Positions 27,056-39,524 of a DNA stretch of 64,000 nt are shown here, piece by piece (position 1 is the stretch's first letter; each line of letters starts with the position of its first letter). The translations under genes and the position numbers were made by a program. The DNA is taken from assembly GCF_963921235.1 (NCBI RefSeq), contig NC_086108.1, positions 29,824,001-29,888,000 of the forward strand. Reading direction: 5' to 3'. Under the pieces are notes generated by a model, which was not told where the DNA came from, made no database searches, and was given only the letters and a program-made list of their open reading frames with translations. This DNA is from Mobula hypostoma. Lineage: Eukaryota.

Positions 27056-28409
27056 ACTGCAGTTGCACAGGCTTTTCCTCTGTGGTTTTAAGCTATGTGT
27101 TTTCTCCTTATTGGCATTCTGCTTGGCTGACATTATTCTGGCTTGCAATCCAATGTCTAGCTTCACAGACTGAGGCTATGTGGCCTTTCATGCTGTTGAA
27201 GAATTTCCTGCTCTAATGTGGCATGCTAGTGATTTGATTACCAAGACATCATTTGCAGCTTTGCTGCCAACCTCACGTTGCTAAACTTACTTTAATGACT
27301 TGGGTTTAGTATTGGAGTTCCTGTCTTATTTTTTTGCTTTCATATGCACTAATGCTGACATTGTGAACTGGCCAAAATTCCTAGTATTTAAGGGAGGCAC
27401 TTCCATTGATGTGGTTTTACACAAATGTAAAACCTTATCATTATTAGCATGAATTTGCACACATTTTAAACTGCACATGAGTGCATCCTATAGCACTCTA
27501 TAGTCAAGAAGATATCAAGTTAGAGCAAGGCAAATACTTCAGCTTTATTATTTTATAGTCTCAGCTGATCACTTTCTGATTCTTTCCATTTTTTTCTGAA
27601 TTTGTAGTTCCTTTCCATCTCCTTGCTTCTGCAATAAGCTCTTGCCTTATGAAAGGAGCCATCTCTTGCACTGCACCAGGAAGTCTACCAAAATGCTGTT
27701 TGGGTTTGAACTTATCTGCTTATTGAATTGCTTTCTTGTGTTCTTGCGGGTCTTCATTTTGAGCGCTCTCCTTTCTGCCCATGTCTTCAATATTAGAATA
27801 TATACTGATAATAAATTTACTTTGAAATTTGATCATTATCCTGGAGAACTTCACCATTCTTCAACAAGAAAACTGAAGGACTTAAAATCATGATTGCAAA
27901 TGCCGGTGCTCCCAATTACATCCAGCTTGTTTAAGCAGACACAGGGGGTTGTATTTGTTCATGCACTACCCTTTCTCCTACGTTTCATGTCCGCACCGGT
28001 GTTCCATCCTTTCATATCCTCACTGTGACTAACCATGAGTTCATAGATTTCCCTGGAAACCATAATGAAGAGTCATGGATATGAACAGTAGTTCTGTTTA
28101 ACTCCTACCCACCCTGCCACACTTGCTGAGTGTTTCCAGCAGTTTATTTGTTGCAAATATCATGAATCTGCTGCGTTTTTTGCTTTACCAGCATATGTTG
28201 TCACCCGATATTCATTATTTGATGTAGCGTGAGTTTTTATTCTTCCAATCTCAATGCCAGTGTTAAGCCTCCCCCCCCCGCCCCCAATTTAGATTTGTTG
28301 TATGTTATGAAATAATATGTTGGTGCTGCAAAATAACATGTGAGAAACTTGAACTCAAAGGTTTAGCTGAGATTCCCTTAGGACTATACACTCTAAAAAG
28401 GAAACCAGA

Positions 28410-29165
28410 GGTCCATGAGCCAGTTTTCAATGGGGAATCAGAGATGGAGAGGGACAGCAGGTGAAAATTCCTTGTGTTATCATTTCAGATGATTTGTCCT
28501 GGGTCGAGCATGTAAGTTCCATTATGAAGAAAGCACAGAGGGAGCCCCTACTTAGAGGTTTCAGAAGATTTGGCCTGACATCTAAAACTTCAAAAGATGT
28601 GAGGTGGAGAGTACATTGACTGGCTGCATCACGGCCTGGTATGAAAACACTAATGCACTTGAACGTAAAATCTTACAACAGTAGTAGAACTGACCCAGTC
28701 CATCATGGGTAAAGCCCTCCCCACCACTGAGCACATCTACAAGGAGTACTGTCACAGGCATCCATCATCAGGGACCCCCAGGTCAGTCTTTCGTCTCACT
28801 GCTGCCATTAGAAAAAAGGTGCAGGGGCCTCAGGACCACACCACCAGGTTCAGGAACAATTATTACTCTCAATCATCATGCTCTTGAAGCAGAGGGAAAA
28901 CTTCACTCAACTTCACTCGTACCATCACTCAATTGTTCCCACAACCTATGGACTTACTTTCAAGGACACTTTATCTTGTGTCTCAGTATTTATTGTCATA
29001 TTTTTTTCTTTTGTTTTTGCACATTGCTTGTTGTCTATCCTGTTGGATGTGGTCGTTCATAGATTCTATTGTGTTCCTTGGATTTACTGAGTATGCCTGC
29101 AAGGAAATGAATCTCACGGTTGTATATGGTGATGTATGTATATGTTGATAATAAATTTAATTTGA
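28410..29165 (+). mobile_element. Rex1/Babar-like LINE 3' fragment
   Basis: Motifs KFL.VIISDDLSW, ESTLTGCITAWY and IMGKALPTTEHIY, plus a family-type 3' UTR ending GATAATAAATT. Confidence 0.75.
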
Positions 29166-30539
29166 TACATGCATTGATACATCAAGACATGGTCAGAAAG
29201 ATTGTGCAGTGAATCTATCGTTGTTTACTGCAAGCATAATCTAGAGATTCCTCCTTTTCCTATAGCTATCTGGCTTTCATTAAATGCATTTCCCCCTCAA
29301 ATTTTTCCCAGCTAATTAGCTATCTTTCCGAATTCATATTAATTTCCTCCTTGACCATCTTGGATGTCCTTTGGTTAACCCTTAGGTTCATCACAGGGTC
29401 ATGTATAAGTCCATCTGTTTATCCCAGTGGGTGTAACTTGGCAATTGCATCTTTTTAATAGTAAAATGAATTTCAATGTAGATAACTGATCTATTACACT
29501 CTGGCAAGAAAATTAGATTGTCAAAGTAATAAATTCAATGAGGAAAGAAATATTGGAGCACATATAAATCCTTAATAAAATATTTTTAAAAAAGCATTCT
29601 GCACCCTTTTCTGTGCCTCTTTATTTCATATAGAGGTGTCAGGAATCATACACAGCCCACCAAGCAGGGTTCAGTGTTGTACAGTCTCTAACCTTTCCCA
29701 CTCTACCCCTTCGAATGAATTATTGGATTTGCTTTTCCTTTTCTATGCTTTAATTGATCCACTTTCAATTTATAGATTTATACATTCAGATTTCCTTGAT
29801 ACTCCGTCCCTTTGCATTCTTGCATTGAGTGATTCTTGGTGACCTCATTATTCTTGACTAAATGCTAGACCCCTTGATTTTATGTCTTGAAATGGAAATA
29901 ATATACCCACTCTGCGTAAATCTGCTTTCACTCTGGGGGCAGGGAACTCACTTCAACATGACAGTTAATAAGTATACAAGCAGTTGAATAAATGCGTTCA
30001 ATAACTTGTATGGTATATATGACATAACTGTGCCTTGCGTTTCCAAAATCTGAATTTATCTAAGGGCCAAGGTTCTTAATGAAGGAACACTAATTATTAC
30101 TGGATTGAGAAAATGTATTCAGGCCAATATGGACCATTTCCACTTAACTCCCACTGCAATTAAATACTCATTCTTGTTCAGGGATGACAACATGCTGCCA
30201 AGCACAAGTAACAGCTGTCATATATTTGTTCAAAGATTATTCTGTTGCGCAACTCTGGTAGTGCAGGTTATTTCCCTTTCCCTCCAGTTGAACTGTGACG
30301 TTGGAAGGTCTGAGATTAAGGAGAGAATTATGAACTTAATCAGGGAGCATACCCAGATCAACCTAGCACAATATTGACCCTTTGCCCTTTGGAGATATAA
30401 ACGTTGCTTCCAAGGCACTGTTTGATTGTACATTGAACTAAAATTTGATGCGTGAATGCATATTTATTAACTAGCTAAAGCAAAATCTGTGACATGTGAT
30501 AGGCCAGATCAGTTTATGCTAATCCCAGCCCACAATGTT

Positions 30540-32072
30540 TGTAAATCAAAGCCCTCTCCAATAGTATGGGGATAGCCCAATGGTGAATCCATATTGCTTT
30601 GTGAACTCAACTTTTCCATTACCATACCTTGATTTACAGAAATGCCAGGTTCTATTAATGGAATTCTGATGCTATTATGAGATACATAAATTTGTATATT
30701 CTAATGACTGGAAAGTGAGTAATGGTTCAGAACTGAGTAGCTTTCTTGGTCCTTGGAAGCTGCATCTCTGAGTCCTTGGGTAATACTTTAAATCTTGCTT
30801 GACACCCTTTAAGTTTTTCCTCATAGAATTGCTCTAACGGTTAGTCATCCATGTCTCTTGTCAAAGAAGTATGGAAAGTCTCAAATCTATAAGCAACACT
30901 TTTGAAAATGTGAATTTTCTCACATGATAAGCTACAGCTTTAATGGGATCTCAGTTGTTCTCATACTGTGTACTTTTTTTGCATTTTGTAATTGGACAAA
31001 AATTTCAGTACGCTACATCTCTATCTAGCTTGATTTTTTTTCTATATTTATGATTTTTGTGCATCTCTAGAAATATTTCTGCTTGCATCATTTTTGGCTG
31101 GATCCAGCAAATGGAACATCTGCTGGTGAGATATTATTTCAGTTTCTCCAATGACACTTTTATTAGCTGTGTTTGGTCTTTTCTGGCCCTACCTGAACCA
31201 TTAATCGCGAGTGTATGCTATATTAGCGATACTTGTGAGCCGTCCCCCACGCCCCCTTAGGTGTGCTGATTGTTAACACAAATGTTGCATCTCATTGTAT
31301 ATTTCAATATATATGTGATAAAATAAATCTGGATCCCTGTCTGACTCCTCGCTATACTTGTTTTTGATGTCATATTTACAAGGTTTATTTTTGCACTGAG
31401 CTTTACAATTTCCTGCAATTACGATAATATATGTGTGAGATCTGCTTCTAAAACTGGTTTATATTTGGACGAGGTTGCATCTCAGAAGCATTGGGTAATA
31501 TTTTAAGTCTTCTTAGACACCACTAAGTTTTTTTTCTTATAGAATTGCTCTAAGGGATAGGCATCTGTTTCTTTTGTCAAGGAGGTTTGGAAATTCTCAC
31601 ATCTATTTGCAATGGCTAATAGCTTTTCTCTGGCATATTTTGTTTCTGCTTTGGAGGCAATTGCTATCAGTTTGCCATTTGTACAGGAAATGTTCCCATG
31701 CCTTGAAGTGCCTACTTAAAATGTATATTTTTTCCTATTATAGTATGATAGGCTTGTCTCCATATGCAATGCTTCCTTGTTGAAATGTGTTTCATAGAAT
31801 TGCGATCATGGTAATCTTTCAGTAGCTTTGATGTACGTTAGAATGCAAAGAGTGAAAGATTCATCTGTTGGATTAGTTCGAAACTACCACCTCATAGAAG
31901 TGTCATCTACTCCACTGGTCTAAATTCCATTTGCCCTATTGTTCCTTTTGTATCTTCTAAGTGAAGTTTTCCACAAACAATGTATTGGCTTGCTCCAAGA
32001 TGAAAAGGAGAAAGTTGCCAAATGATACGATAAATGTAGTAGTGAGGATTCTTTATCAAACTTGTTCTGATA
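30540..32072 (-). mobile_element. Second ancient Gypsy pol relic with a duplicated RNase H segment
   Basis: RT FDKESSLL/TTF..SFG (about 32000-32070); RNase H NGKLIAIASKAETKYA.EKLLAIA..CENFQ..ETD.YPLEQFYKK (about 31513-31700); integrase EFTKQYGFTIGLSPYY (30549-30608). Confidence 0.65.
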
Positions 32073-32390
32073 GCAACACCCACAAAAGGCTGGAGAAACT
32101 CAGCAAGTCAGGCAGCATCTACAGAAATGAAGCCAAGGTTTCAGGCCAAGACCCTTATTCAGGAATGAGAAGGAAGGGGGGAGATGCCAGAATTAAAAGG
32201 TGGGGGGGAGGCTAGCTAGAAGGTGATAGGTGAAGCAAGGTAGATGGGAAAGGTCAAGAGCTGGAGAGGAAGGTATCTGATAGGAGAGGAGGTGGGCCCT
32301 TGGAGAATGGGAAAGAGGAGGGGAACCAGGGAAAATGATAGGCAGGTGAGAAGAGGTAAAAAATCTGAGTGGGGAATGGGTGGGGGTGGT
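32073..32390 (-). mobile_element. Penelope-like 3' fragment with hammerhead remnant
   Basis: Same family as 4226-4552 and 47529-48137. Confidence 0.8.
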
Positions 32391-32669
32391 TCTGGTCCCC
32401 GTGTCATCAGCAGGGTTGACTGAAAATTTGCAGCTCTGGCGCTAGTGTGAGTTTATTAGAATTGGAGTGTTTTTTATATTTTGGTTTTAATCTAATACTA
32501 GTTTTTTTCTGTCGAAGGAGTTCATCAATCTGCATTTTTAAAGTCTTATACTAAAGCCCTTTCTGCCTCTTAGTTCCTTTTGGGCTTGTATTAATTTCTG
32601 TTGGGACTAGATCATGTGAGAATGTGGTACATATGTGGCATACGGGGTATTTTCCCCAAGTTGGGTGAG

Positions 32670-32882
32670 ACTAGAATTAGAGATCAGGTTTAGGGTGATG
32701 GTGACATATTTAAGGGGAATCTTGTGTGAGAAGGAGCAAGCAGCCAGTGGTAGACACAGGTTCAATTGTAGCATTTTAGAGATGTTTGAATAGGCATATG
32801 GATGAGAAGGGTATGGAGGCAGAGAAGGTTTGCACAGATTAGAAGGACTGAAGGACCTGTTTCTGTGTTTTAGTACTCTGAT
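32670..32882 (+). mobile_element. Old CR1 3' end fragment
   Basis: Ends in the CR1-type tail GAAGGACCTGTTTCTGTG. Confidence 0.55.
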
Positions 32883-33383
32883 TTGATTACTGGCTAGACT
32901 AGGAGGGGGTTGAGGAAGTGGGGTGAGAGGAGTGAGTGGGGAGATACAGTACTGGCACTGTAATAAATAAATAATCTGGGAGCAAGGGATATTGGCAATG
33001 GAGAGGGTGGAGTGCCACAGGAGGACTCTGGTACAGGTGGCATAGAAGGAGTGCCGGGGTAGGGGTGGCATGGGCACAGACACACCCAGCCCTGAGACAC
33101 TAGGCAAAGTCATTTGATTCCAAACGACTGGTTTATTGATCAATACAGAATATCTCTCTGATGCTTCTTGCTCCCTCCCTCTCCCTTTCCCTTTTCCATA
33201 ATTCCCCTCTCCCTACCTCCTTCCCACTCATTCCAAAATAGAGATCCAGATCAGAATTAGGATCATCATCATTACTTATGCATGAAATTTGTTATTTTTT
33301 TGTACAAATATTTGTAGCAGCAGAAATACAGTACTATACATAAAATTATTACAGTACTGTGCAGATGTCTTAAGCAATCTAGC

Positions 33384-33401
33384 TATATATATATATATAT
33401 A
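33384..33401. repeat. (TA)n microsatellite
   Basis: Nine TA units read directly. Confidence 0.9.
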
Positions 33402-33787
33402 CACAGTACAGTAATATCTGAGATCTTTAAAGTTTCCAACTATCCAGACCCAGAATAGTGGGTCCTTCTATTTTTGTGACATAAAGCTAGTAGTTAACTT
33501 TCCCCACCTGCATCCATTTTGATTTGGGTTACGATTGGTTGTGGAATTTTAATTGCTCCATTCCCTGCTGGTACAACTTTTTGTTTTGTTTTTCAAAGCC
33601 AGGATCACACAGTATGAGTATGATGACATTGCATTTTGTTCATGTTGGCTCTCTGCATGAGCAGCACAGGAGTCTGACTCTGCCACTGCTTTCCTATGAC
33701 TCATCGAATTTACACCTTTCCAATATCTATCCAGCTCCCTTTTGAATACCAACAATGAATGAACCTTACACATTACCCTAATTTTCT

Positions 33788-34183
33788 TAACTTACTGCCC
33801 GTTATGCCCCTGGCGTTTAGGGCAGCAATGAAAGTTCTCCATCTTTGTCTGTCCTTGGTTGCACACAGATATAGAAGAATTCTTCAGCGGATTCTCGCTG
33901 TCAATCGTTGACATTTTGTGTGTGTTGCTAGGATTCTTCATTGCTGTTTCTGTAACAACTTTTTTTTTTGGACCATTCAGGTTTGTTAGCCCTGAGCTGA
34001 ACTCCCAAACCTGAAGGACCAGTGGACGACACTAGTCTGGCCTCTACCCTTTGACCTGTTTGGCATGGATGACCCTACCAAGTGTAAAAACACAAGGCCC
34101 TGACTCCAGCCAATATAGCTCTCCAGGTCATTGAAGCAAACAAGGCTCCAAACCCTACGACAAGATTGTGGTCCTCTAGGAGG
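33788..34183 (-). mobile_element. Short non-autonomous RTE-derived element (BovB/Expander-type 5' leader fused to an RTE 3' tail)
   Basis: Minus strand has AATGACC..GAGCTAT..GGTAGGGTCATCCATGCCAAACAGGTCAAAGGGTAGAGGCCAGAC, then GGCTAACAA..GTTACAGAAAC and a TAAG-type tail. TSD ACCCTAATTTTCT / ACCCCAATTGTCT (33775-33787, 34184-34196). Confidence 0.7.
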
Positions 34184-34244
34184 ACCCCAATTGTCTATAC
34201 ACACAAAAATTGCTCATTGTCTAAAGTGTTTCCTGGTGTCACTT

Positions 34245-35115
34245 TCCAAAATCAAATTTATTATCATTAACATATGGTGTGAAATTTGCGCTAAACTGCC
34301 GTGCTATACAAAGACAAAATTGTTATAAATTACACAATAAATAATGGAGGTGAAAAGGAAGAACGAGGCCATGTCCATGGGTTCATGGACTGTTTAGAAA
34401 TCTGATGGCAAAAGGAAAGAAGCTGTTTCTGAATCATTGAGTTTAGCCCTTCAGGCACCAGTACCTCCTCCCTGATGGCAGTAATGAGAAGTGGATATGT
34501 CCCGGATAGTGAAGGTCTTTAATGATGCATGCCGCCTTGAGACCCTGCCTCTTGAAGATGTCCTTGATGGTGGCAGGATTGTGCCCATGATGGAACTGGC
34601 GAAGTCTACAACTCCTTGCCATCATGTACATTAGAGTCTCCATTATAGGTGGTGAGGCAACCGGTCAGAATGCTCTCCACAGTATATCTAGAAATTTGGA
34701 ACAATCTTTTGATATACCAATGAAGTATAGACGCTTGTGTGCTGCTTTTGTGGTGCATTTGCACTAATGTGTTGGGCCCAGGATAGATTCTTCAATGTTG
34801 ACACCCCGGAACATAAAGCTGCTCGCCCTTTTCACTGCCGACCCCTCAGTGAGGACTGATGTGTGTCTCCTGACTTCACCTTCCAAAAGTCCACAATTTA
34901 GTGATCTTGCAGATACTGAGTGTGAGGTTTTTTTTTGCTGCAACACCACTCAACCAGCTGATCTATCTCACTCCTGTACTCTGTTTTGTCACCATCTGAG
35001 ACTTTACCAACAACAGTGGTGTCATTTGTGAATGTAGATGGTGTATGAGCTGTGCTTGGCCGAGCAGTGATGAGCGTAGAAAGAGTCAGCACTCATTCTT
35101 GTGTTGTTTGTCAGC
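34245..35115 (-). mobile_element. Rex1/Babar-like LINE 3' fragment
   Basis: Motifs F.NDTTVVG.VSDGD.TEYRSEIDQLVEWC and IIKDLHYPGH.HFSLLPSGRRY. Confidence 0.8.
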
Positions 35116-36549
35116 AATCAACTTGGTTCCTTTGCAATCACATTCATTGCACATGCACCACTCCTAACTAGAACAACAACAGCTTTTCTCTATCCCATTG
35201 GTTAATGTCAATCAGTATTTCAGATGCATTTATCACATCCCTTTGTATCATTATCCTTTCCCAAGGGGAACAACCCTAGCTTCACCAATCTATAGTGTAA
35301 CAGAATTTTCAGACGGATATGAAATTGTGAATCCTTTCTGCAGCATCGTTGTCCCCTTAATGTTTTGCATAAAAGAGTGGTGTCCAGAAACAGGTACAAT
35401 ATTCCAAATGCAATCAAACCAATGTTTCATAAATGAGTATCTTGACTGTTCCTCAAGCCCTAGTAAGACTTTCTACTGTTCTTCAATATATCCTGCTCCT
35501 TTGTACTAATACTTGTGGCTTATAATGCTTGTTCTTCCAGCTGAATCTTTGTGAACATATTTGTTAGGCCCTATAATATGTTGTGCATCTGTGATGTAAC
35601 TTTTAAATCTACTTTGAGTTGCTTCAGGTGCACTGAATCTGTTACAAATGAGGCAAAGTGAAATAGTAAATAAACTTTGTACCAGGTTGGATTAGAGTTA
35701 CCAGCCCCAATTTGTAATTTGCACTAGATGCAGGGGTCTGGACTTACTGGTCTGTGAATCTGTGATGGTGGTGAAGATCGCCATCAGTGAGCTGCTCATT
35801 GATCTGAGTAGCTGGACTGGTGTCGGCAGTGGAGTTGGCCAAGGTGTTGAAGGGGTCGGCCGAGGTGCCAAAAGGGCTGGTCAGGATATCGGAGGAGTCC
35901 ATTGGGATATCAGAGGAACCCGCCGACGTGTCAAAGGAGCTGGTTTGGATTTGGAGGAGATCTGGCTGCAGACCGTGTTACTACCTGCTACTCAGAAGCA
36001 TCGGAGTTGGTACAGTATAACCATGGGAGATTGTCTTAGACATTCTCCTTGCGATTGCAAGGATCAGTTGTACACTGATAATGTAAGATCTGCAGGCCTG
36101 TTGCCTTGGTCTGGTGGAGGGGCAGTTGACCTAGGAGCAGTGTAGCCTCAGTTGTAGCGAGAACTAGGCCTCAACCCTCGGCCTTGCCTGCTGCTACAGA
36201 CCAGGTGAGAGACGTGGAAACGCTACAGTGTGGTTGAGCTTGGCCAGGGCCCAGCCTCTCATGCTGTCCTCCTGGGTTTGAGCGGTGGAATGACAGGCTG
36301 GTCTGCATGTGTCTGTACCCTGCCGGGAGACTGTACTGTTGATTGCTGGACATTGTTGCTCAGGGTCTTAGACTATATATGTTTTTTCTGAGTGAATATG
36401 CTCTTTTGCTCAACATTTTGAATTATGTTACTTGCTATTTTTGAATGTTTGCTTGCTATTTTGAATGTTTTGCACCTTGGACCCAGAGGAACACTGTTTC
36501 CATGATGTATCTATGTATAGTTTGAATGATAATTGAATTTGATTTGGTT

Positions 36550-36770
36550 TAGTGAATCTGTGGAATTCATTGCCACAGATGACTGCAAAGGCCAAGTCAT
36601 TGGGTATATTTAAAGCAGAGGTTGAAAGGCCTTTGATTAGTAAGGGCATCAAAGATTATGGGGAGAAGGCAGGAGCATGGGGTTGAGAAAGCCATGATCA
36701 ATTGGTGAAGCAAAGCTGATGGGCCAAATGGCCTAATTCTGTTCCTATATCTTATGGCCTTATGGTTTAT
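36550..36770 (+). mobile_element. CR1 3' end fragment
   Basis: GTGAATCTGTGGAATTCATTGCCACAG...CTTATGG tail, similar to the 16055 and 50178 ends. Confidence 0.8.
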
Positions 36771-37311
36771 GTGGTAACTGCCCTGGGCATTGCAATACAG
36801 AAATGCTCTGTTTCTTCTTCCCCTGACTGTCAAATCCCATATAGTGTCTCACTGAAAGTGGGAAATTCTCAGTTTTCCAAGACTTGAGGGTTATTTAAGT
36901 GGTGGACTTCCAGCGATTTGAACGGGAGCTGCTGACAAAATTCTCACATGATCTAGCATGTACAGCTTGATCTCCAGATGAGCCTCTTCCTGTGTAGCAT
37001 ATGTTCTCCATGTTTGTTTCACCAATGTTACACTGTAATATTGGTAACGTGTGAAAAATCAAGAGAGGAGTGATAGTTGGGCAAAGTCCAGGTACCTTGC
37101 CTCTGAAGCAAAGTGTTCTGTTTACAAGTAATAGCTCGTCAGATAACAGGAAATGTTATTTAACAGCTTCAAGTAATTTTTCATACCACCATGCTTTTAA
37201 CCAGACCATGAGAGAATACCAGCCACAGGTCTAAAGAGAAAATTGCTTTCAAATTGCAGTGTAGTGATTTTTTTGTTTTGTCTTGATGCTTTTTGGTCTT
37301 TCTAATCTGCA

Positions 37312-37660
37312 TCCCAAGGATGGTGGGGTGGAGACATATCTCTACCAAAGGAAGTGTAAGGTTCTCCTTCCCTCAATTAGCTTGTACATTTCCCTTGGAC
37401 GAGGTGTAGCTCCTGCTTACCTTGGTCGTATGAGCAGCTGGTGCATATCGCAAGTCCAGGTTATGCAACTGCTGACTCCAGGCAGACAATCTCTGAAGAG
37501 TATTGATAATGGCTGGGGTCACCCATCTTGTAAAGGTACTGCCCAGAAGAAAGCGATGGCAAACCACTTCTGCAGAAAAATTTGCCAAGAACAATCATGA
37601 TCGTTGAAAGACGATGATTGCCTACGTCATACAACAGAGCATATAATGAACGGACGAAAG
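37312..37660 (+). mobile_element. Short RTE/BovB-related non-autonomous element
   Basis: Contains ATGGCAAACCACTTC..TTGCCAAGAA, resembling the BovB/Bov-A motif; short-repeat tail; TSD AATCTGCA(T/G)CC (37304-37314, 37661-37671). Confidence 0.6.
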
Positions 37661-38461
37661 AATCTGCAGCCATAAATATCTTTTTTGTTGCCTAGCAGTT
37701 AAGAATTAGCTTTGTATTACAGCCTGAATAAATGTGCATGTCAGAAATTTGCCTCGGGTTCTTAAGGTGGTACTTGCATAGATCCATGCTTCACCTCAAA
37801 TTGTTTATTTTAAAAGTGATATTTTTATTAGAGCAGATTTGATTTGAACTGATGCTGTTAACTTGCATTTGAATGAGGTGTTCATACCACTACTAGTGTG
37901 CACATTTACAGCAGGAAGTTGTATAGAATTTTGAAACATGAGGATCTGGTTTTCCCACAAATTGACTGAAGATTGTTCATATCAGCCAAATTGCCTGATT
38001 TTGGTGCTGAAATGCTACTTTACTGAGCTTAGAGAGTCTTTATATACAACAATATGACTTGAGTTAGGAAATCTGTTTTTTTTTGGATTCAAACAATTCA
38101 CATTTTGTTTATTTAATTCTGGATGTTGATGGAGAAGCTTGAATTTTTAAAATCTACTTCCTGCTGGGCTCATTCTTGAACAAGAATGAAATGTGCATTT
38201 GTGCAATGTCTCACAAACCAGCTTCTTTTAACATATTAAAAAATCCCTGCAATGTTTGATTTGTTTATTATACAGTAATTTAGATGGACACAAATGATAT
38301 GATTTAGAGTTCAGTTTTTTAACATGTCTAGAAATGTTAAAATCAAATTTTGGAGACCTACAAGTGTTTTATCTAAATTGTTCACGCCTTGAAGTCTAAC
38401 ACTGTAGATGTAGTGCTATCCGTTGTCTTTTTCCTTTAAAATATAATGGTAACAACAATAA

Positions 38462-38682
38462 TTCATTAAGTAGAAAGTGGTGAGTGCGTGGAGCGGTCTG
38501 CTGGCGACGGTGGTGGAGGCGTATACAATAGGGTATTTTAAGGGACTCCTGGATAGGTACATGGAGTTTAGAAAAATAGAGGGCTATGGGTAACCCTAGG
38601 TAATTTCTCAGGTAAGGACATGTTTGGCACAGCTTTGTGGGCTGAAGGGCCTGTATTGTGCTGTAGGCTTTCTACGTTTCTT
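38462..38682 (+). mobile_element. CR1 3' end fragment
   Basis: GTGGTGAGTGCGTGG..GGATAGGTACATGG..GAAGGGCCTGTATTGTGCTGTAG tail. Confidence 0.75.
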
Positions 38683-39524
38683 TTAACAGATCTGGTACTT
38701 TGTCTTCAATGAAAACCTACAGCAGCAAAATTGGGATAAGTTCAAATTTCGCACTTGGAAACTTGACCATTTTTTGTTCACAAGGAAAATACAAGTTAAT
38801 TCCTGTGAATGAGCTGATTTTGAGGGTCAGTCCATGTGAACATCATTCTTGAATGATAATATGTTCTGCAATGGTCTTCCCTACAGCAGAGTGCTACCAA
38901 TTGTGACAGGCTGACCCCTGAGATAGAAGGTTTCCATTTCATGTCTTAATACAAATATTGGACTAATAATTTGAGTATTAAAGATTCAAAAGATTTGAAA
39001 TACATTTACGATTGAAGTATGTATACAGAATGCAACTCTGAGATCTGTCCTCCAGCAGGCAGCAACAAAACAAAAACACTGGAACCATTCAAGAAAACAG
39101 CAAACAACCAACGTGCAAAAAAAGAACAAATTGTGCAAATGGCTAAAAGCAAGCTGACACCATATAGAGCATCAAATGTCAAACCAAGAATCCAGTACTA
39201 TTCTGTTTAGTTCAGTTCAGCATTGTGCTGCTAGCACACTGCAGGCCATATCTTTGACCTGCTTCATTTTTTGGCGATACGTCTTTAAATCACTTGAGCA
39301 AAAGTGGAGGTGTTTGGATTATTTGGCCTTCCAAGACCCTATGGCACTATTTAATGAACAGCAGGAATGTGTATAGTAGTTGCCATTGAAAGTTTGTATG
39401 GTTGTCATCACATCGCTCTATTAGTGAAGCTCTAAAATAGGCAACAAATTCAAGAGTACTTTGTTCACGACATCATTTGGCATTTGTCAAACTCTCGTGT
39501 TAATTCTTCCTGTGTCTCTAGGGT

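Larger units (their letters stand above)
22600..27250 (-). mobile_element. Ancient Gypsy relic (gag knuckle, RNase H, integrase) interrupted by CR1 and PLE insertions
   Basis: Hand-translated motifs in the correct order: GHIASVC (27165-27185), LKFTCDAFSNVGEVTSHMM (26313-26369), HLGIVNTKA (23375-23401) and RSIPFSVTGYVPEEIVMPR (22907-22963). Confidence 0.6.

Noticed and set aside
32885..33240. Purine-rich then pyrimidine-rich block overlapping a 178-aa minus ORF
   Set aside because: Low-complexity ORF crossing repeat boundaries; likely an unclassified repeat.
35762..36145. 127-aa Gly/Val-rich ORF in a GC-rich block
   Set aside because: No recognisable domain, and the block ends in a LINE-type tail near 36540, so it is probably a non-autonomous repeat that I cannot name.
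36431..36470. Short tandem duplication CTTGCTATTTT(T)GAATGTTT
   Set aside because: Two units inside a repeat tail; ordinary slippage.
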